A DNA stretch of 60,655 nucleotides, the filler included, from Basidioascus undulatus (taxonomy: Eukaryota), in the NCBI GenBank assembly GCA_000826855.1. It is 8 parts of 8 records of this genome, joined end to end, with 100 filler letters (N's around TTAATTAATTAA, not from the genome) between each part and the next. Parts side by side here need not be neighbours in the genome. Positions count along the whole stretch, not along the records: positions 15,010 to 40,767 come from JTLS01000205.1; 7 more parts are not named here. One strand, given 5' to 3'. Made by a program: the position numbers and the translations under genes. Numbering within the stretch: position 1 is the stretch's first letter; the number at the start of each line of letters is the position of its first letter. The notes under the pieces are model-generated. The model did not search any database. It was not told the DNA's origin and saw only the letters and a list, made by a program, of their open reading frames with translations. Below, piece by piece: positions 24,771 through 38,192 of this stretch.

Positions 24771-26541
24771 TAGACCACATTGCACGTGAGGGGTTGTATC
24801 GACCTTCGTGAGATTCCCGGCGGCGGACGACATCCTCTTACGGGATATCATTCAGTTCAATTGACCCTCCTCTTTGCGTCTACACTGCCAGTGTACTTCT
24901 GCAACGTCAATCGCAACAGCAATTCACATATGTACCTCACATTATAGTGGATATATGTCAGCTAGTTGAAGGTGGCTGAGAATGTTTGCGTGCTTGTCGT
25001 TGGAAGGGACAATGAGCTCACCCTTGTCATGTAGAACGTCCCACGAACAGCATCAATCCCTTAGGGTAAGTAAAGCTCCCCAATACAAGAACCAGCAGGA
25101 GAATTTAGTATGGCTAGTGTTCATTTTCCGGCGAGAATATGGCGTAAGGGGCCCTCAGCCGACTGAGGTCTTGAGGCAAAACTTCCTCGAGCTGCTTGTG
25201 GTGGCCGGCATAGGGGCTTTGGGCGGCGTGCGCGCTTTAATTAGAGCCCTTCTATTTCTCACCGTAGGCAAAGCCGACAAAGGTAGTAGCCGGTGTGGCA
25301 AAGGTGCTCGGCGAGCATTAATCTGAGCTGTTCGAACAACCAGAGAAGCCTGGAGACACAGCAGCCTCAGGCTAAGCCTGCGAGCAGTACTCGAGTAGTG
25401 TGACAGAACCCCTCCGGGCCCCATCACCTCCATTATGCAAGTATTTTGGGTATTCAGCCTCGGATGAGACAACCTAATAAGATACACACCGCGCGAAAAG
25501 GTGGCTGGCAAGGCGCCGTCTAAACCTGCAAGCTTTCATTCGTTCGCTCTCCCGGCAGTCACCGAGCGACACCTTGAGCTCGAGGGAGGTTCATGGTGCG
25601 ACTTTCTTTCCTCCTCAGGTAAAGAGAAAAAGGGTGATCACCTCATGCTGTGGTCGTGTGCTTTCGCAATAGCGAGGAGCTACCTACACACGGTCAGGTA
25701 GTGTGGACAGTGTCGAATTTCATTGAGCCGAGTCCTTTCCGCCCGGTGAGACCGTCTTGGGAGTTGGTCTGTTTCTACAGGTAAGATAAAAATGAACGCT
25801 GCCGGATCGTGAAACGAGGTGGAAGACTTCGGAAGACACGCGCGCCCGCTGACGACGCGAAGGTATTTTGGAGTCTAATAAAATTGAACTTTCAAGCCCG
25901 CTACGGGCGGCCAGCGCGCTCCTCCTTCTGCCTCCATCTCTCTACCAAAAATACTGACATTTTGGTATGTGACAGAAGTCTGGTATCAAGCGCTATAGCT
26001 TGCCTGGCACTCAACTGTCAATTCAATACTAAATCAATCTTGGTCCGGCTCGCGTCGACGTGCTGCCTGCCGCAGGCTGGACGTCTCCTGCCAGACTTGG
26101 CCAGACCGGGTACAACTGACGCTGAGGCCTGCCGCCGCTCAAGCGCGTTGCTCGGGCCAACTCGAGCTTGCTGTCGCTCGCCTAATGGCCTTGGCTGCGC
26201 TCAGCATCGCGGACACTCCTATCTGAGCGTAGAGTACGGGGTATAGTTGGGTCCATGGCAGACGGCGGCAGTCTTGTCCGGCCACTGCCACCTCCATCTC
26301 ACCATCGCCTTCGTCTCCGTTCTTGCTCATGTCTCACGCCTCCCTAGCGCCCTCGCTGGTCTAGCTGCGCGCTCTTATTTGACCGACCCATGTCCAGCTG
26401 AGCATTCCTGGGCAGCGACTCTGCGACTCACTCACCCTCCTTAAGGAGCCTGACCGACCTCGATCCCGGTCTTCGTCCTTCCCTCATTCTCCTCATCCTC
26501 GTCCTCACCCCGTAATCGCATCTTCCCCATCAACCGTCGCC

Positions 26542-27619
26542 ATGCCCGCCGTCGCGAGCCCCTCCTACTTCCCGACCCTTCCCTCTTCCCACCTGACCCC
26601 TCCCCCCTCTCCATCATCGCCCTCCCGCGCCGCGCCGGAGCCCCCAGAGCTCGCAGCGTTCTGCACAAACTTCATCACCGCGCTCTTCCAACCCGCATCC
26701 TCGACCGCATCCCTTCACACCTTCGTCACGTACGTCGTCCCGCGCGCCGACTACCCGCCGCACGCGGTGCTCGCCGCGCTCGTGCTCCTCAACCGCCTCA
26801 AGCTGCGATACCCGCATGTGCGAAGCTCGTGCGGCCCGCGTTTGTTCCTCGCGAGCTTCGTCATCTCGAGCAAGTGCATGTTCGACATCACCTACCGCAA
26901 CGAGTCCTGGCGAGGTGAGTCGGCAATCCACGATCTCAGGGCGCACGTCGTGGCGATGCAGGGCAAGCGGCTAATGAAAGGGTTGGTACGGATGCAGAAA
27001 TCGCCGAAGGCTGTGAGGGGATGGACTTTGACTTTGAGCTGGAGGACATCAACCTGAGTGAGTTTCCCCTTCCACTCCTATGCCCATTTCTCCTCTAAGG
27101 CGAGGTCATCCATCCCGTCGCGGCGCTGACGACCTCCTCTCCCGCTTCACAGTGGAACGCGAACTTCTCGAACACCTGTCCTGGGATGTGGTCGTCCGAC
27201 CAGAAGAGATCGAGCTCCTTCATCAGCTCCTGCTGAACCCGCCCTTGCACCCGCTCCGCCTTTCTGCCGCGCGACGCCCGTCCGACCCCTGCGCCTCACC
27301 AGGCTACCTCACTCCTCCCCCTTCTCCTATCGAGGCCCTCCCGCCCAAACCCTCCCTCGCACCTCCCATCGAGCTCCCCACGCGCACGCCGCCGCTCGTC
27401 CCGCGCTCGACGGCCTCTCGCACGCTCAGCCTCGACCTCAGCCCACAAAAACAAGAACGCCAACCGCCTCACAAGGTCGAGCCGATTCCCATCCCCGTCC
27501 CGCCCGCGTCCGCAGCGTTCTCTCCTAGGCCGGAGTCGGCGCTTCTCTCGATGCCGCTCGTGCGCATGCGCAAGCTGTCGACCAAGAGCCCCGTGCATGG
27601 CCACCGCAGGTGGTTGTGA
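26542..27619 (+). CDS. Pho80/Pcl-family cyclin, 3 exons
   Basis: AVLAALVLLNRLKLRYP...GPRLFLASFVISSKCMFDITYRNESW / FELEDINLMERELLEHLSWDVVV forms a Pcl cyclin box across two GT-AG introns. Pro/Ser-rich tail; TGA 27617-27619. Confidence 0.88.
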
Positions 27620-28693
27620 TCTCGACCCTAACCCGGATCTGCCACTCCATACCTCATCCTTTACCGTCACTCCCTCGCCGACCTGTCCTACATCTCTCGC
27701 CTCCTTCCGTGCTGTTGCAATCTCACTCGTCCGTTTCGTTTTTATACTCGCATCGCATTTGCACATCAGGTCACACCCGCTCCCTAATAACCTCCCTAAT
27801 CCGCTGTTTAATTTTCCTGTTTCCATCGATGTTACACATACCACTTGTACAAGCATTCCCTCGCATTCGCATACCCCGACCAATTGCATTGACTCTTTAA
27901 TAGCTATTAACTACCCGTAGTCTAGCTCATGACCTACACTACACCACCAAAAGACGACCATGTCACGACCCCAATCTATGTATGAGAAATATGAAAACGC
28001 GTATGCCTATGACTGTCGCCAGTGTTTCCCACCGTCCGTAAAGGCTGACAGTAGAAAGAATGCTCTGAGCCGAGCATTGGTCTGGCCTTTACGGCATACC
28101 TTTCTGGACGGAGATACAAATGGACCTCGAACGTGACAGTTCATCAGCAGGATGCTTCAACAGGGGCAAAGGCGGCGCGTTTAACCGTGAGCTGACCAAG
28201 GTCAAGCTCGCAGTGCTCCGACCGCCCTCCAGACTTCGCCGGCTGGGGGCCCGCTCCCTTATGTTGGGACAGCTCCTGAATGGCACGCTAAAAAGGAGCT
28301 CTCAAATTGGGCAATCATACCCTCAAGTGCTCCCGATATAGCTTGGACCGTGTTGGGTGCTGCACAAATCTTTGCCTCTGATTCGGGGGCAAGTCCGCAC
28401 CGCCTCATATATACTGGCGGAAGTCCCATAGGAAGACTATGGAAGATCCTTGCGGTTACTCATTAGCGCTGAGCACATACTGAATGAACCTCGCCGCAGG
28501 CTTTTGAGCGGCCCAACAGGACGTGCGGAGCTTTGCTAATAAAAATATCCCATGCTGCTGAGATCGCCGGCGTTTAGTCTGCCAATAGAAAATAATGCCA
28601 CGGAACTTATCACGTAACGTTGTCTGACAATCAAGTCCTGCACACTTTTCTTTTTCGGGCGTCCACGCACCAGCGTTAACTGGTCTCGTCCAC

Positions 28694-28729
28694 TCGCTCT
28701 TTACGCCAACATCGCTCTTTACGCCAACA
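28694..28729. repeat. Perfect 18-bp tandem duplication (TCGCTCTTTACGCCAACA x2)
   Basis: Two adjacent identical copies at 28694-28711 and 28712-28729. Confidence 0.9.
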
Positions 28730-30250
28730 ACTTGCACTGAAGTAACACCTAGATGGCTCCCAAAGGTATTGCCTCTAGTAAACATTTCAGTCGAGGGCAA
28801 CACCCGATCGGGACGTGCCATAACGTCCCCTGCAGCAGGCAAGCTACTGCCACGAGGCCTGTGGGTCCCAAGGTCTGCAGTCACCGTAAGAATTCAGAGG
28901 CTGCGCACCATACAAGTACCTATCCACATCGAGGCCTGCTTTTTTGGTCTTGGTAAGGCGCAGTTGCGGGTGCTCTCGCATCGGGGACGAACTGTCGTAT
29001 GAGCAGAAGATGATCCCGGTTCTCAGATGAAAGGGGGCCCTCGTGTTGGCGCTACGGTCCTGGGAGTTCATGCACCAGGAGGTCTTCATGACCACCGTTC
29101 GGCCTGGGCTGCGTTACCGCACTAAGTGACCCAACCTGCTCTCGACTCCCTGCGCGACAACAGCCTGCGGTCGGTCACGCTCGAGCAGCCTCCATTCAAG
29201 CTGAATGAATACTCTGATACCTCTCCAGAGTTGCATTGGAGGCGTACCTCAATGCTGGGATAGCAAGCGAAGAGATGGGCATGGGGAACGTTCCGTATTC
29301 GCAGCGAAACGAACTCATTGACTGTACGATGTTCATGACTGGTTGAAGTACTTACAAATATGGCTGCGGGAGACGAGCTCAGACGAGCTAGTAGTATAGT
29401 GAAACTTACTGTGATAGTGCCGTTGGATTGTGTGCTCAACTTTGCGACTTTATGGTATGCTGTAGCAACGCTAGGGCGCTGCCTAAAGCTAAGACGGAGT
29501 GAACAACGGCTGAAGCGTGCGGTTCATCTCGCCAAAGCTGGAATGTTATCTGGAAGGGTGTGTGGAATGCTTTCAGCATACGAACGTCGACGGTCCATGC
29601 ACCTACTGCTGAGCGCCCGACGGGTTGGGATAAAGACAGCCTGCTGGCAGGAGCTTGAAAGGACACTCTCCATTGTTGTGAAGCAAGAAAATGCCTGCAT
29701 GTAGACACTTTTCCCTGTGCAATTTCTTGTATAAGCCTAGACCGATAGCGCGTCTTCGGCTATCCGATGGCGGCGTTGGAAATCACGGTATCGCGCCGAA
29801 CAGCAAAGGATGTTCTTGCTTTCCGTGTTTCTTCTGAAGTCCACACTCTTGGAACGTTGGAATTGTGGATATACGTGCTCAACTAATGTGCAAGGATCTA
29901 GATCTCTCTCCAGAACCTTAATGAAGGTACAGTCAGCTTCAACTCTCCAGCGGGCATGCGGACAGGCCTGGATGTCCGGCCCGGACGCTCCTTGGTCTCG
30001 CACCCTCACGTCCTTCGCGACATTTATGGATATTGGCTGGAGTCGTCTCGGGTTTCCTCGCAGAGTAAGAGAGAAAATGTTTCGTTCGTGGTCGCAGGGT
30101 CCGTGTGGCCACTGGCTGCTGTTGTGGCTGGACTCCTACAGCGTCATGGCGTGCCTGGGTCCACCGCTTGAGGAATTTCGCACTCGCCAAGTACCTGCAT
30201 TTGCTGAGATTTAATAAGCTTACAGATTCCATATCCGTTCACAAATAGGC

Positions 30251-32573
30251 ATGTTTACTCTTACCACTGCAACCTTCACCGAGGCGGGGCCCAGCGCGCT
30301 GCCTGCCGCAGTGCTATCCTGCACCACGTCTACAACCTCTAAAGATACCGGCCTCCCGTCTCCGTCTGTTACCTGCTCTCCAGCTCCCACCAGCACAGAC
30401 GAGCTTCCCGCAGCTGCTGACCCGGTCGGTCTCCTTGCCGACAAGCGCAAGGAAACGGTGGCGCTGGCGGCAATCTTTGGGTCCATGTATGTGATGGGTT
30501 GGGTGAGTCATCCAAAAATTGATGTTGAGTAGGAGCCTTGCTTATCAGTAAGGGCAATAGAATGATGCTTCGACAGGTCCATTGCTGCCGAGAATGAGAG
30601 AGCACTACAACGTGAGTATCAGTCCGGATGACCAGTTCACCGCTTACATCTTGTCCTGTTTAGGTCGGCTTCACGGTAGTTTCGGTGAGCAAGCTCATGC
30701 ATCCCCTTCGCCTGGAGGGATGTCCATAGAGCTTGAATGATCTTTGTAGATGCTTTTCGTCAGCAACTTCATTGGTCCGTCCGAGCGTATTACGGCCTTG
30801 TGCAGCTACTGAAGGTGTATGGCCTTCCGCAGGTTTCATCCTTGCTGCAGTCAGCAACATCTGGGCGAGCGACCGCTTTGGATTCGGAAAGGTTCCCAAA
30901 GTTTTCTTTGAGCTGCCGGTGAAACCCTTGACTAGATCTAGTTGTGCAGGTGATCGCTTTCGGCGCAGCGTTGCAGATTGTCGCGTATGCGCTACAAGCC
31001 TGGGCACCGGTCCGCATTTCTTTCAGTGGAACCCTCACTTGAAACTTTCGGCTAAACATACATCTTAGCCCTTTCCCCTGCTTTGCGTCAGCTTCACGCT
31101 TGCAGGAGCAGCCTGTGGGTTTCAGGTATGCGGTCTGTATCTGGACGGCTCGCCTTTCCGCGGCTACTGAATAGTTCCTATGTCCTCAGAATGCACAAGC
31201 GAACACATTTGTGTCATTGCTTCCTAATGCGAGCCCGAAACTTGGATTTACCCACGCACTCTACGGTACGCCAGTATCCGGGCGTCACTCGTTACTTCCA
31301 TTGGCTGCGCGCTTACCGCCATCAATGACGACAGGCGTAGGGGCATTTTGTGCTCCGCTTGTGGCAACGCAGTTCTCACAGAAGGATAAATGGTCGTTTT
31401 ATGTAGGTCTTATTCACTCATGCAGCTCTGTTCAATCTCATCGGTCTCGTCGTAGTACCTGGTTTCGCTCGCGCTCGCAGTGCTCAATACGGCTTCGTTG
31501 ATCTACGTCTTCCGCGGCCGTTCGGGAGATAAACTTTTGGGGGAAGGCATATCTACACATGAGATTAGTGCGACCCCGGTCAGTGGGCATGCGAGCGGTG
31601 CCAAGCTCAGGGACATCCTCTGTCGCTCGCTCGTGCACGTCTTTGCGACCTTCATCCTGTGAGTCGTTTACACATGCAACGAATCCGCATATTTTTTAAG
31701 CTGGCGCATGGAAACCCTAGGGTATACGTGGCATGCGAGGTCACGGTGTCGGGTTGGATCGTTACCTTCATGCTGGAACATCGCGATGGTGGACCGTGAG
31801 ATCTTCCAATTCCATGCATCCAGCTGAGGGCGTTTTGGACTTACGCTATATGTCTGACACATTGTAGGTCTTCTGGATAGTGCGCATCCTTTTTTGTGGC
31901 AGGGTACGCTTACATGGGATGCTGAACGACGATGTCATATGTGATGGGCAGTGTTTCCTCTGGTTTCTGGGCAGGCCTCACAATCGGTCGCGTCGCTCTC
32001 CTGCCGCTCAACAGCTGGGTCGGGGAGCAGAGGGTCATTTACCTTTACTGCATCATTGGGATTGCCCTCGAGCTCATCGTCTGGTTCGTCCCGAACCTTA
32101 TCGGTGGCGCCGTGGCCGTGGCGTTCCTCGGTCTGGTGCTCGCACCGTTCTACCCCATTGTACGAGTCCTTCGTTGCATTTCAAACCTCAAAGGCAGAAC
32201 CCATCGCGGCTTACCGGAGAGCTTTCAGGTAATGTCGTCGTGCACTAAGCTGCTGCCGAGGCGTCTCTGCGGGGCTGCCGTGGGGTGGATCGGGTCGACC
32301 GGGCAGGCTGGCTCAGCGGCTGGCCCGTTTCTGACAGGCGCCCTGGCTTCGAATGTGATCAATCTCTCTATTTTATCAATGGATCCGTACTTATACATAG
32401 TTACCTTACTCAGTTCGGTGTCAAAGTTCTGCAGCCCATCATTATCGTACGTCGATCTGGTCGTACAGCGGCTGGTGGTTGACCCACATGCCTCGCACCT
32501 TGCTCAGGGAATGCTCGTCGTCGACATGATCTTGTGGTGGTTCGTCCCTACAATCCCTCGTAGGCTGGAATAG
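30251..32573 (+). CDS. MFS transporter, Bsc6/fucose-permease-like, many short exons, apparently complete
   Basis: Spliced: YVMGWNDASTGPLLPRMREHYNVGFTVVSMLFVSNFIGF, WASDRFGFGK, AWAPPFP, NAQAN, HALYGVGAFCAPLVATQF, YVACEVTVSGWIVTFM, GYVSSGFWAGLTIGR, LAPFYPI and GQAGSAAGPFLTGALAS. TAG 32571-32573. Confidence 0.88.
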
Positions 32574-32718
32574 TGTACCTCTGTCCCAGCTGTGAGCATG
32601 TATCGGGTTGCAGTGCTGTGTGAATGTGTGTTGAAGCTCGCGTTTGCATTGAAATTTCTCCAGATCTCGAAAATTCGTCCCCGACAGCATGAAGGCTAGT
32701 CTGAAGTCACGATCTTCA

Positions 32719-35700
32719 TCACGAGGCGACGACAGCGAACAGCTCCCCCCCCTCCTTCCTCAGCGCCTCCACAAACTGCTCCCCGATCCGCTTCTTCCCT
32801 CTTGCCCGCTTCTTCCCTATCCTAACCGCCTCAACATCCTCTAAGCGACTGAGCACCTCCCGCGCTCGCTCCTTGACCGTCCTCCCTTCATCTGCGCCGC
32901 TTAACCGCCGCTCCCATCGCTCTGCCATACCCAGCGCGCCCACCGCCACACGCCGGAGGGTCTCCGTGCTCGTTCCGTGCGCAGCGGGCTGCAAGAGCGT
33001 CTCAGCAATGGTCGAGCGCAGAAAGTGCTCCAGGAGAGTGGAAATGGGTGCATAGGGCAAAGTTGATGGTGAGGCGAGGAGCGCGGAGAGAAGAGGCGCG
33101 GCGTGCGGAGGCAAGGAGGCGAGGTAGGATGAGAGTGCGCGCGGACCGAGAGCGGAGAGGGCTGGGCGGATCGAGAGGAGGCGGTTGAGGTGTTGAGGCA
33201 TGGGGGAGGCGAGGGCGAGCTCGACGGTTGTGCGCATGGTTTCTTCCCAGGAGGCGGAGCGCTGTTCAGCTGCGGAAGGCAGAGAGGCTGCAGCCGCAAG
33301 GTCAGCTACGTGAACGCGATGAACAGCTCATGAATCAAAATGGGCACACCCTCGCCATTCGCGCCACCCCCGCCGACGCTCCGCTCCTCCAGCGCCTTGC
33401 GTACGCCCTGCGCATCGAACGCCGTGCCCTGGATGACGATGCCGAGCGCACGGTCGCTGAGAAGCCGGAACAGGCTGCCGCGCACAAGTTCGAGCACAGC
33501 AGGCGGGCAGGACGTGGGAAGGATGAGGCTCTGGAGCGTTTCGAGGTGGACCGTCGCAAAAAGACTGTTGAAGAAGGCCGGCGGGGTCAGTTCTGTCAGG
33601 GTGATGACAGTTGAAACGATTGGGCGCACCCTTGACGGGGAATCTCGGCACAGAGCCACTCGATCACGCCCGTCAACGTCCAGCTCAGAAGATCCTGGTT
33701 GAAGTAGCTGCATGCCAATGAGATGAGCGTGAGTGAGCCATGTTCGGCGTGAGGTTGTGGTGCGGACGCGGTTTACCTCAAACCGCCTTGCATCGTATCC
33801 ATATCGATATGGCGCATGGAGCACGCCAAGATGCTCTGCGCAAAGAGCGTCGGCGCAAGCCTTAGAAGATCCGCAGGCTTGGTCGTCCTGGTCAAGTGTG
33901 TCCCATCTTGAACTCAGCATCTTGTGCGGTAAAGAATCGGAAGGCTGGCGGACGCACCTGAGCGCCTCATCGGAGATCCCCTCGCTGCCGAAAAGCGCCG
34001 TGACCCACGTGCCGACTAGCTCGCGATCCGCAGGGAAGAGCTCCGAAAGAGTGTGCGCGAGCGAGGACGCCGAGTAGAAACGGGTGTCGGCGAGGTGGTG
34101 CTTGAGCTGCAAGCAATGCGTATGGGTCCGTCAGTACATCAAGACACGTCAAGAGGGAGTAGACATGAGATGGGAGTAGACGCACCTGATACCGCTGCAG
34201 CACGAGTTGGTGAAAGAGCGTAACGGTGCCGAACTGCGAGTATCCAGACTGCGCGTCACCTGTTCGCCGACGCGGATGAGCACAACCTAGACGGGCGAAG
34301 ACGGCAAAAGAATGCAGACGAGCCATGATGGTCAGACAAGTTGAACGACTGCACGAACGCGTGAAGAGCGTCCAGGAACGGCGTTGCCTCTGCGTACAGA
34401 AGCGCTATGTCAAGTGCCGCGGGCCGGGCGGTGAGAGCTGAAGCAATGTGCGCGAGGGGATCGAGATCATGCGAAGACGCGAGAGACTCAATGCGCTGGT
34501 TCACATACGAAGCGTCAGTATCGCTGAAAGGTGTGTCTAGCGTGAAATAGCGGCAGACTTTGAAGAGGACAGAAGAGAAGGCTGGGTGAGAAGCAATCGA
34601 GGGGAGGAGACGGTCGAGGAAGAGCTGGACGTCTTCAGGTGCGGAGTCCAGCGAGAGCTGCGCTTCGATGTACGCCTAATTCAAGAGAAAGAAAGGCGAT
34701 GAGCAAGGCCAACGAGATGATAGGGGACAGCTCAAAGCGCACCTGCGGAGAGGAGCCTGCAGCCTGAGCTAGCTCCTCGATCGCGTCCGCTGCGCCTGCG
34801 CCGCCTTCAAGTTCGGCGTCGATGGGGAGGAGGTCTGCGCTTCGAAAAGAACGCAGTACGGCAGATCGGAGAGACGGGAACCTGGCCCATGTAACGTTGT
34901 TAGTCTGTGCTTTCGGTTGTGCAGAACGGGTTTGGGCGCACGAGAGGGTTTCGGCGGACGAGGCGGGATCTGAGCTGAGCATGGCGATGGTTGGAGAGGA
35001 GTCGAGCTGAGACGCGAGTTCCGCTTCCGAGAGTAGTGCGGACAGCGCGGTGTGATGTTGATCAGGCTGCAACGAGAAAAGGGTGAGCCGCTCGCTCCGC
35101 AGAGCACAACGGTGCAAGTTTCGCACATGCAGTTCCGGAATTGCCGCAAGAAGTCCCGCTACCTGATCACACCCCGCGAATGTCAGTCTGCAGGCGTCGT
35201 TCGAGATGAGGTGAACCCGGGACAAGGATGTACCCGCTGCCCGATGAAGGAACGCCAGACGAGCCACTCGCGCTCGCTGCGCCGCATCTTGATGGGGTCG
35301 AGCGCCTCCGGCTGTTTGAGAGAGGACAGAACGCCCAGCGCGGCGCGTAGGATCGTCTCGCTAAACGCGGCTGCGGGGGCGTGCGCCCACCCGTCCAGGG
35401 CGGCTCTCAGCCGAGCGACCGCGGCTGGAGTGCAGCCCCCGCCCAGCGGCGTGGCTCGATCTTGGACCTGTAGGAAACGCCCTGTGAGGTTTTCGTGGGC
35501 AGGTATGTAGAAGTTTGCGGACTTGCCAGTTGGCGGATCAGCAGCTGAACCTCAGCGTCGTGCAGTTCCCTCGGAGGCGGCGCCTGCTCAGTCTCGGCTG
35601 GCGGCTCAGACGGGAAGCCGGGCGGCGGGGTAGGGTCGACAGGGGTGAAGGGCTCTGCAAAGATGGTTGCGAGCAGGCCGAGGTTGACCTTGAGGTCTTC

Positions 35701-36355
35701 CCGCTGCTCGACCGCAGGGCTCGCCAGCGCCTCCTTGACGAGTCTTCGAATCTCCCTCGCCTCCTCTCCGGCCGTATCAAGCCCATCGAGGTTCAGGCTT
35801 GCGGGGAGTGCAGCAGCAACATTGCCAAGTGGTGTGGTTACAGGAGAAGCCCGGAGGAGGAGCGCGAGGATCGCGGCGATGTGCAGAAGTTGGCCGGAGG
35901 GTGAGTTAGAGAGGAGCGCGTGGAGCGCGGAGGGCTGGGCGTAGGAGGATAGGAGGGAGATGGTGGAGGGTGGGGATGTGAGGGGAAGCTCGGTGAAATG
36001 CCGGAGGTAAGTGGATGGGGTAATGAGAGGCTGGGCTGAGACGGCGGCGTGGAGGTATGAGATGAGGAGCACCGGAGGTGTGGGCGTGGACAGGATCAGT
36101 CCAAAAAGCGCGGCTGTGACCCTACGCTGATCAGCTGGCACTCGGGAAACATTTCAAAAATTTAGACTCACAGCACAGCTCGTCAGCGCCGTCCTGACCC
36201 TCAAATCCACCAATTCGCTCTCGGATAAGGCGTTTCCACTACACATCACACCGGCAGATCAGCATACGTGCATCTTGAGTATGAGCTCCGATATTCACAG
36301 TGGACGCTTGTAAGTCTCTGGACCAGCATGTTCGAGTGATGAGCTCGATCGACAT
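32719..36355 (-). CDS. MED5: Mediator subunit Med5 (Nut1), multi-exon
   Basis: Contains YSQFGTVTLFHQLVLQRY and [43 protein letters not shown]...DMDTMQGGLSYFNQDLLSWTLTGVIEWLCAEI, the fungal Med5 signature. Probable start MSIELITRTCWSRDL at 36355; the exon 2/3 junction is uncertain. TGA 32719-32721. Confidence 0.85.
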
Positions 36356-36818
36356 CGTCGGAATGGTCAGTACGCGAAAGAAGGTGAACGTCGAGGTCCA
36401 AGTCGTAATTACCGGCATCAAGGACGCGAGGCGACGTGCTGACAGACGTCACACATCATGTGACGTGAAAAGAAACTTTGTCTCCCCAGACGCAACAAAC
36501 AATGATTTTCATTCAGAACAAGGTCGTACTGGGTCAGCGTGCAGCGATCGACAAAATGCCCTTTAATTGCCTGAGCTTCCATTAATCAAGCACTCCAAGG
36601 CAAGCATTGGGCGATGGCTGAGTGGCGACCGGTACCACCCAGTTCAACCGGAAGTTCTTCCTCTTCGTAATGTTTATTGAACAGCTATTGTATTCCGCAC
36701 TCAAAAGACCCTGTCAACCCATTCGTAGCCTGGCAAGTTCAAGCAGAACACGTCGAAACACGACCAACTGTTGCGATTCCACGGAACCAACTACGATGTA
36801 CATCAAGCGCGATGCCTT

Positions 36819-37354
36819 TCACTTGTCATAGCAAGCGTTGAATTCCGGCAAGCACCCATCGGCGATGACTGAAGAGACTTCGTAAGTGGACCGCTCATTG
36901 TCATTTTGAGTGCTGTGAAAGATTGGCAACGCACCCGCATACGGCTGCGTCGGCTGCGGCAACGAGGTAAGAGGACCGCCGTTCCCAATATTCTGAGTGT
37001 TTCCACCGTTGAAGCCGCCCCCGTTGAAACCGCCGCCGCCGCCATGGTAGCGACCCGATCCTTTGCGGCCCCGGTAGCTGCCGCGACCGCCGCGACCCTT
37101 TCCGCCGCGACGATGGCCGTGGCGTTTGTGCAGCTCGTCCTACCAATGTGAGGCAATGCTCGTGAGTTAGATGTAAGAAATGAACTACTCGAACGAGTAT
37201 ACTGACCGTCTTCGAAGACTCTGGAAGATGTGGCTATCAGTGAGAACTTGAAGCTGATGACGAGCGTGAAAGACCCACCAGGGATGGGGGCTGCCGCGAC
37301 GGTGCTGCAGACGAGAAGGACGATGGCGAGGGGAACAGAAATGTAGAGCTTCAT
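36819..37354 (-). CDS. Small secreted prepro-protein with a KR (Kex2) site and a Gly/Arg/His-rich mature region; 3' end uncertain
   Basis: Exon 1 MKLYISVPLAIVLLVCSTVAAAPIP (signal peptide). A 14-nt microexon at 37207-37220 adds ESSKT. Exon 3 from 37139 reads DELHKR-HGHRRGGKGRGGRGSYRGRKGSGRYHGGGGGFNGGGFNGG...QPYA. Exon 4 reads VIADGCLPEFNACYDK*. All junctions are GT-AG and phase-compatible. Confidence 0.7.
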
Positions 37355-38192
37355 TGCAGAAGATTGAATGAGCTGTTTCTTATCTGGGATGAACGAAGAC
37401 CTGCAGCGTGCCCGCTATTTATCAGAGGGAAGGAGAAGCTGCGGGACAGTCCGCAGGATGCCCATGCAACGCAGCAGCAAAGGGGGCTTCCCGCCCCAGA
37501 CGGCATTTGGTATTAAAACGTGTGGATTTCTTCTTTCAAAGTATTATGTTTAACAAGAGACAAACGGGACCTCGCCAAGGCTCAGACGTAGGGGCGTGAT
37601 CCTCAAGGGTAATGGCGGGTTGCGAAGGGGAAGGTGGGAGGGGCGGTGGGGGGGTTCATAGTTTCCTTCAACCCGGGGGCCATTGAAAATTTGTGCACCA
37701 ATTTATTTTCAAGGAAATCGACAGCAACGTCGCTGTGTGAAGGGCAAGGACCACACGAGGAAAGCCTTGGAAAACACAACCTTCACTGTGCTAAACAGTG
37801 AAGGTTCCACATGCAAGAACTCGATTGATATTCCCATTCCCACTGGTCCGCACCCATATCTGCAGGTGATTTCGCGCCGGTCCGTAGACTGGTGCGGAAG
37901 TAGTGCGTGCGTTCGAAAGCGAGTTTGACTGCACGCTTTCGAGTCTTCGCCCCTGGGCAGACTACCATTGCTGGACCTTACATTCATACAGTCTGACATG
38001 AGTATTCCATACCCACGATCGTCACTCAGAACGCGGGAGTCAGTTCCTGTCCTTAGGCAAATTAGGCAGGCGTGAGAAAGTTTGTTGACGTCTCTTTCCA
38101 CACAAATAGCCCAATAAGATGCATTGACCAAGCTCGGGTTATTGCACCATCGTACCATCGGGCTTACAGAACAGCGGACAGCGACCTTCCCT

